Source: a virus (Duplodnaviria > Caudoviricetes). From it: a DNA stretch of 33,340 bases. The notes beneath the pieces were generated by a model that was given only the letters and a program-made list of their open reading frames with translations, ran no database searches and was not told the DNA's origin. Each line of letters begins with the position of its first letter. Position 1 is the first letter of the stretch. Shown here piece after piece: positions 33,038 to 33,340 of the stretch. The position numbers were made by a program, and so were the translations under genes. Location: the IMG/VR virus record IMGVR_UViG_3300025751_000073, positions 1 to 33,340 of that record; one strand, written 5' to 3'.

Positions 33038-33066
33038 TTGACACCCCTGCTCAGATGCCCTATAAT
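33038..33066 (+). promoter_or_regulatory. Perfect-consensus sigma70 early promoter
   Basis: TTGACA (33038-33043), 17 nt, TATAAT (33061-33066). Confidence 0.92.
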
Positions 33067-33099
33067 ATTAAGGTAATCAAGGGAAGCACCACACACACC

Positions 33100-33294
33100 A
33101 TGAACAACACCGAATGCGTCCAAGGTATTGTAATTGACATCTGCTCTCGTTCCTTTCTTCTTCTTGGAGATCAAGGTGATGAAAAGTTTGTTGAATGTGG
33201 TACAATTGATGAGTTTATGAATGTGCTAAACTACGTAACACAAAATCTTGAAGATGATCAAATCGAGTATGCTGACCTTGCCGTTTCCTCATAA
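33100..33294 (+). CDS. Small acidic hypothetical protein (64 aa), early-promoter driven
   Basis: ATG 33100 lies downstream of the promoter, whereas the track start at 33055 is inside the promoter spacer. IDICSRSFLL..D.G..K.V.C.T.DEFMNV resembles a conserved small cyanophage ORF. Confidence 0.75.
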   Translation: MNNTECVQGIVIDICSRSFLLLGDQGDEKFVECGTIDEFMNVLNYVTQNLEDDQIEYADLAVSS

Positions 33295-33305
33295 ATAAAC
33301 CAACT

Positions 33306-33340
33306 ATGGAAATCTTTACTGTGAAAGAGTGGGAGGAAAA
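33306..33340 (+). CDS. Start of next ORF (MEIFTVKEWEE...), truncated; possibly a Phd/YefM-like small protein
   Basis: ATG 33306 is open to the window end and preceded by CATAAATA (33290-33297). The family guess rests on only 11 residues. Confidence 0.4.
   Translation, partial: MEIFTVKEWEE

Noticed and set aside
33055-33099. ORF-track start at 33055
   Set aside because: It lies inside the -35/-10 promoter; ATG 33100 is the plausible start.
1-33340. Stop-codon reassignment, introns or inteins
   Set aside because: Genes tile densely in the standard code and use TAA, TAG and TGA as stops. No intein or group I intron motifs were seen, and the gp5 gap is only 37 nt.

Overview
This window is a segment of a T4-like myophage genome. 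Gene content and order best match T4-like cyanophages (Kyanoviridae-type); the host is an inference. It starts with the end of a replication/early unit: a partial DUF1825-like gene, then gp32 SSB behind a sigma70-type promoter. A minus-strand late block follows (gp4, gp2-like, gp48, gp53). A long plus-strand late block then carries a gp54/gp19-like gene, gp26, gp51, two paralogous tape-measure-like proteins (one with an M23 peptidase), a gp27-like hub and a gp5 spike locus split over several ORFs, one with a SleB/Hydrolase_2-type lytic domain. About 17 kb of fibre/adhesin genes come next: a 12-aa-repeat fibre, a subtilisin, a 1243-aa structural protein, a 2432-aa Pro-free collagen fibre with an S74 chaperone, and a LamG protein. 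The window ends at a perfect-consensus sigma70 promoter driving small genes. I found no tRNA, rRNA, CRISPR, integrase, reverse transcriptase or transposase. The most notable features are the split and apparently enzyme-swapped gp5 locus, interlocking near-identical in-frame repeats bracketing cassettes in the giant fibre, four independent tandem-repeat expansions in tail genes, face-to-face late promoters, and structured or repetitive non-coding DNA on both sides of gp32. All family calls come from motif recognition by eye, not database searches.
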